A stretch of 54,368 nucleotides of DNA, filler included, from Anolis carolinensis (taxonomy: Eukaryota): assembly GCF_035594765.1 (NCBI RefSeq). It is 3 parts of 3 records of this genome, joined end to end, with 100 filler letters (N's around TTAATTAATTAA, not from the genome) between each part and the next. Parts side by side here need not be neighbours in the genome. Positions count along the whole stretch, not along the records: positions 30,707 to 54,368 come from NW_026943847.1; 2 more parts are not named here. One strand, given 5' to 3'. Below, piece after piece: positions 48,782 through 54,368 of this stretch. The first letter of the stretch is position 1. Each line of letters starts with the position of its first letter. Below the pieces are notes generated by a model that saw only the letters and a list, made by a program, of their open reading frames with translations, searched no databases and was not told the origin of the DNA. Both the position numbers and the translations under genes were made by a program.

Positions 48782-49925
48782 AGAATCATAGAATCATAGA
48801 ATCATAGAATCATAGAATCATAGAATAGTAGAGTTGGAAGAGACCACATGGGCCATCTAGTCCAACCCCCTGCTAAGAAGCAGGAAATCGCATTCAAAGC
48901 ACCCCCGACAGATGGCCATCCAGCCTCTGCTTAAAAGCCTCCAAGGAAGGAGCCTCCACCACGGCCCGGGGGAGAGAGTTCCACTGTCAAACAGCCCTTC
49001 TCACCGTGAGGAAGTTCTTCCTGATGTTCAGGTGGAATCTCCTTTCCTGTAGTTTGAAGCCATTGTTCCGTGTCCTAGTCTGCAGGGCAGCAGAAAACAA
49101 GCTCCCTCCCTCTTCCCTATGACTTCCCTTCACATAAAATATATCTAATGCTAGTATCCCCACTTTTAACTTCCTCTCTTGAGACACACATATTTTGTTT
49201 AATACTCTTCCTATCAAACGTGACATTTGTCTTCCTTTTACAAACCCAGATTGATATTTTCATATATACTTGTACATGCATTTATTCATTCTTCTCTCAG
49301 CCTTCTCTTCTGCAGGCTAAACATGCCCAGGTCTTTAAGCCGCTCCCCATGGGGCTTGTTCTCCAGACCCTTGATCATTTTAGTCGCCATCCTCTGGACA
49401 CCTTCCAGCTTTTCAACGTCTCCTTTCAATTGCAGTGCCCAGAATTAGACACAGTGTGATTCCAGGTAAAGTGGTCTGACCAAGGCAGAATAGAGGGGTG
49501 CCATGACTTCCCTGGATCTAGACACTCTGCCCCTATTTATGCAGGCCAAAATCCCATAAGGAGGAGGGAGCAAGCTTGTTATCTGCTGCTCTGCAAACAA
49601 GGATGCAGAATAATGGCTTCAAAATACAGGAAAGGGGATTCCACCTGAACATAAGGAAGAAGTTCCTCACTGTGAGAGCAGTTCAGCTGTGGAACCTTCT
49701 TTGGAGGCTTTTAAGCAGAGGCTGGATGGCCATCTGTCCGGGGTGCTTTGAATGCAATTTCCTGCTTCTTGGCAGGGGGTTGGACTAGATGTCCCATGAG
49801 GTCTCTTCCAACTCTCTGGTTATATGATTTTGTGATTTCTTCCCCTTCCACTTCCTGTTCATGTCTCTTTTGAGTCATAGTCGTTAGAAGTTCTTTGGAC
49901 AACCATTCTGCTTCTTGGCACTTGT
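48782..49925. mobile_element. Cluster of CR1 fragments in both orientations
   Basis: (ATAGAATC)n tail at 48782; 48782-49135 (-), 49290-49520 (-), 49560-49830 (+), 49835-49925 (-, similar to 34890-34990). Confidence 0.8.
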
Positions 49926-49926
49926 C

Positions 49927-51582
<1,656 letters not shown>

Positions 51583-52714
51583 TTATTTTCTCTTTACCAA
51601 CCCCTCTTTTTACAGCACAATCCTCCCTTTCCTTACATTTAAAGGTATGTAGCTTGAAATATAATTTCTCCAATTTATTTCTTCTTGTTGTTAATCCTGC
51701 GTATTTTCCTTTCAGACGTAAGGTAAACGGCAATGTTTTCTTCATAAGGTTCGTTTAGAGGTTACCTGCGAGATGAATAAGAGGAAAATCTTATTAGGAG
51801 CAGAGTACAGAAAGATCTCATTGAACATGAAGAACAATAGCCTAGTGCTGTAGCAATCACAGGGGAAGAGGGGAGAAAGACTGGCCCAACTGGTAAGAGC
51901 CCGTTGCCTGCTGAGAAGCACTTTAACACTTGCCCAACAAAGAACAATCCCTGCAAAGGGGATAGCGGCCTAAGATCCTGTGTCTAATCCAACCTTGGTA
52001 AAGGAAGGCCTCTAATAATATGGTCAACACGGAAAGGGGCTAACGATGCAAAGCATTTCCTACCTAGATCCCGCTTCTTCACATCTCCACTCAAAACCTG
52101 AGTGGCCATCTGTATGGACAGACTATCCCAAGTGATCAGTCTTGGGAGAAAAATACTTCCTCCAACTTGGGGGAGAGATATTTTCCTGATCCTCTCTTTC
52201 CCTGCAGCGTGATCCCTGCCCCACGTTTCTAAAGCAAGGCGCCTGGAGACACTGAGAGCACATTAGGCCACAAAGTTCCTTGACATACTGCATTCTTACA
52301 AAACCTATACCACAAAGGTATGTAACTTCAGCCAGAGCCAAGGCACTCAGCCTAGCAGCAGTACATGAGAGAAGGCGGTATAGAGACAGATGGACAGACC
52401 CCCAGGGTGAGTGGGAATCCTGCTGCCCTCCAGATCCTTCTGCACTCCAACAGCACCCTTGGGTGGGAGACATGATTCCTGCCCAGTTCTGCTCAGTTCA
52501 GTCCATTTTAGAAAGGACATTGGCAAACTGCAGCGGATTCATAGAAAGGCAACAAGGACAGGAAGACATTACATTGTAAATGAAGGAAAAATAAAGGCAA
52601 AAGTTTGCTTTTGCACAGGAGACAATGTTGTGGCTCGAACTAAAATTATGTGCTAAAGATGATGCTTCTGACCGTCATCTGGGTAGTACCAGGTATAGCT
52701 TGTGCCACCAGATG

Positions 52715-53948
52715 ACTGCAACTAGGCCGACCACCTGCTCCCTCGATCCGTGTCCCTCCTGGCTAGTAAGATCTTGCCTGGAGGGATTACGTGAACCTCT
52801 GTTGAATATAATAAATAGCTCCCTTGAGCAAGGAGTTTTTCCAGAGAGTTTAAAAGAGGCGATGGTATCTCCGCTGCTGAAGAAACCAGACTTAGATCGT
52901 TCGGTTCCCGCTAGCTACCGCCCAGTCTCGAATCTTCCGTTTCTGGGCAAGGTGGTTGAGAGGGCAGCAGCGGAACAGTTGCAGCAGTTCCTCAATCGCA
53001 CAGCCGGACTTGATCCCTTCCAGTCCGGCTTCCGTAGGGGGCACGGGACGGAGACTGTGCTAGTTGCCATCACAGATCAGCTTCGCTGCCAAAGGGATCA
53101 AGGCGGATCAGCGCTGCTTGTGTTATTGGATCTCACAGCAGCATTTGATACGGTCGATCACAATCTATTGACCCACCGCCTAGCCATGACGGGGGTTAGG
53201 GGGATACCCCTTAAATGGGTGTCCTCCTTCCTCCAGAATCAGGGACAGCGGGTGGTGAGGGGAGGGATGGTTTCCGCGTGGTCTCCACTAACTTGTGGGG
53301 TCCCACAGGGAGCTATTCTCTCTCCTCTATTATTTAACATCTATATGCGACCGCTTGCCCGACTGGTGCGGAGCTTTGGGCTCGAGTGCCACCAGTACGC
53401 TGATGACACTCAGCTCATTCTGAGGATGGAGGGCCAGCCGGACTCCGTACCCGATAGTTTCCATCAGTGCCTTGAGGCCGTTACTGGATGATTGCGTGCC
53501 AGCAGGTTGAGGGTGAATCCAGCGAAGACGGAGATCCTTTGGCTGGGCCGTCCGGGTGGGGGGGAGATGCAGCTGCCTACCCTGGATGGCGAGACACTGC
53601 GTCCGTCATCTTCTGTAAAAAGTCTTGGTGTCTTATTGGACCCTCTGCTCACAATGGAGTTCCAGGTCTCTGCTGTGAGCAGATCTGCGTTTTTCCATCT
53701 ACGTCAGGCTAGGCGACTGGCTCCCTACCTTTCTAGGAACGACCTGGCTACGGTGATCCAGGCGACGGTCATCTTGAGGCTCGGCTACTGTCACGCCCTC
53801 AACATTGGCCTTCCTCTGTCAGTGATCCGGAAACTAAAGCTGGTGCAAAACGCGGCGGCTCCGTCTTCTTGCCGGGGTGCCGGCGAGGTGGCGTATCACC
53901 CCAATTCTACAACAGCTGCACTGGCTACCGATTGAGTACCGGATTACC
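52715..53948 (+). mobile_element. 5'-truncated L2 RT fragment (different subfamily) with stop and frameshift
   Basis: TTCSLDPCPSWL, YRPVSNLPFLGK, YADD; TGA at 53489-53491; frameshift before LHWLP. Confidence 0.9.
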
Positions 53949-54009
53949 TCCCTCCCTTCCTCCCTCCCTTCCTCCCTCCCTTCCTTCCCTCCTTTTTCTA
54001 TTGCCTCTA

Positions 54010-54368
54010 TTGGGCCTATTCATTCAAATGCGCTCTGGAACAACCATGTTTTCAATTCCCGGCGGAAAATGGGCAGGGAAGGCGGTAACCTGATCTCCTT
54101 AGGGAGAGAGTTCCAGAGCCGGGGGGGGGGGGCACTGCCGAGAAGGCCCTCTCCCTCCCTCGTCCCCACCAGCCACATCTGAGACAAAGACTCCTCTCGC
54201 CCCCGCTTGAATGCTTGTCGGAAGAGCAAGGCTACAATCGAGAAGGCTCTCTGCCTAGTAGAAGACAAATGATTTTGGTCTTTGGACCGAAGTAATATCT
54301 GGGGTTGGTAGGGGGATAAGCGGGCCCTCAGGTACGCCGGCCCCAAACCATGTAAGGCCTTAAAGGTT
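54010..54368 (-). mobile_element. L2 ORF2 C-terminal fragments
   Basis: GPAYLR...RAFS, PRLWNSLP...LKTWLF motifs. Confidence 0.75.

Overview
Vertebrate (squamate, most likely Anolis-type lizard) genomic DNA made of three contigs joined by artificial N/TTAATTAATTAA spacers (4268-4367, 30607-30706). The middle contig carries an intact four-exon mitochondrial ADP/ATP translocase gene (SLC25A5/ANT2; CDS 8525-8635, 14712-15198, 16584-16724, 20846-21003; 298 aa). It is surrounded by MITEs, SINE/LINE fragments, a Helitron, a solo LTR, minisatellites and a large foldback-like structure. The third contig holds a nest of young retroelements: a CR1 LINE (minus strand) interrupted by a Tf1/sushi-type Gypsy element and by an apparently full-length L2 LINE. 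It also contains a 2.7-kb polypyrimidine satellite, an L1 remnant and a disabled C2H2 zinc-finger array. The most notable observation is in the L2: ORF1 and the AUG-less ORF2 are in the same frame, separated by one stop in the canonical readthrough context UGA-CUAG. Its 5' UTR is an array of 182-bp TATA-containing monomers. The other two retroelements show -1 frameshift signals (U_UUA_AAC in CR1, a pseudoknot in the Gypsy) and a self-priming PBS. All calls are by eye; no database searches were run.
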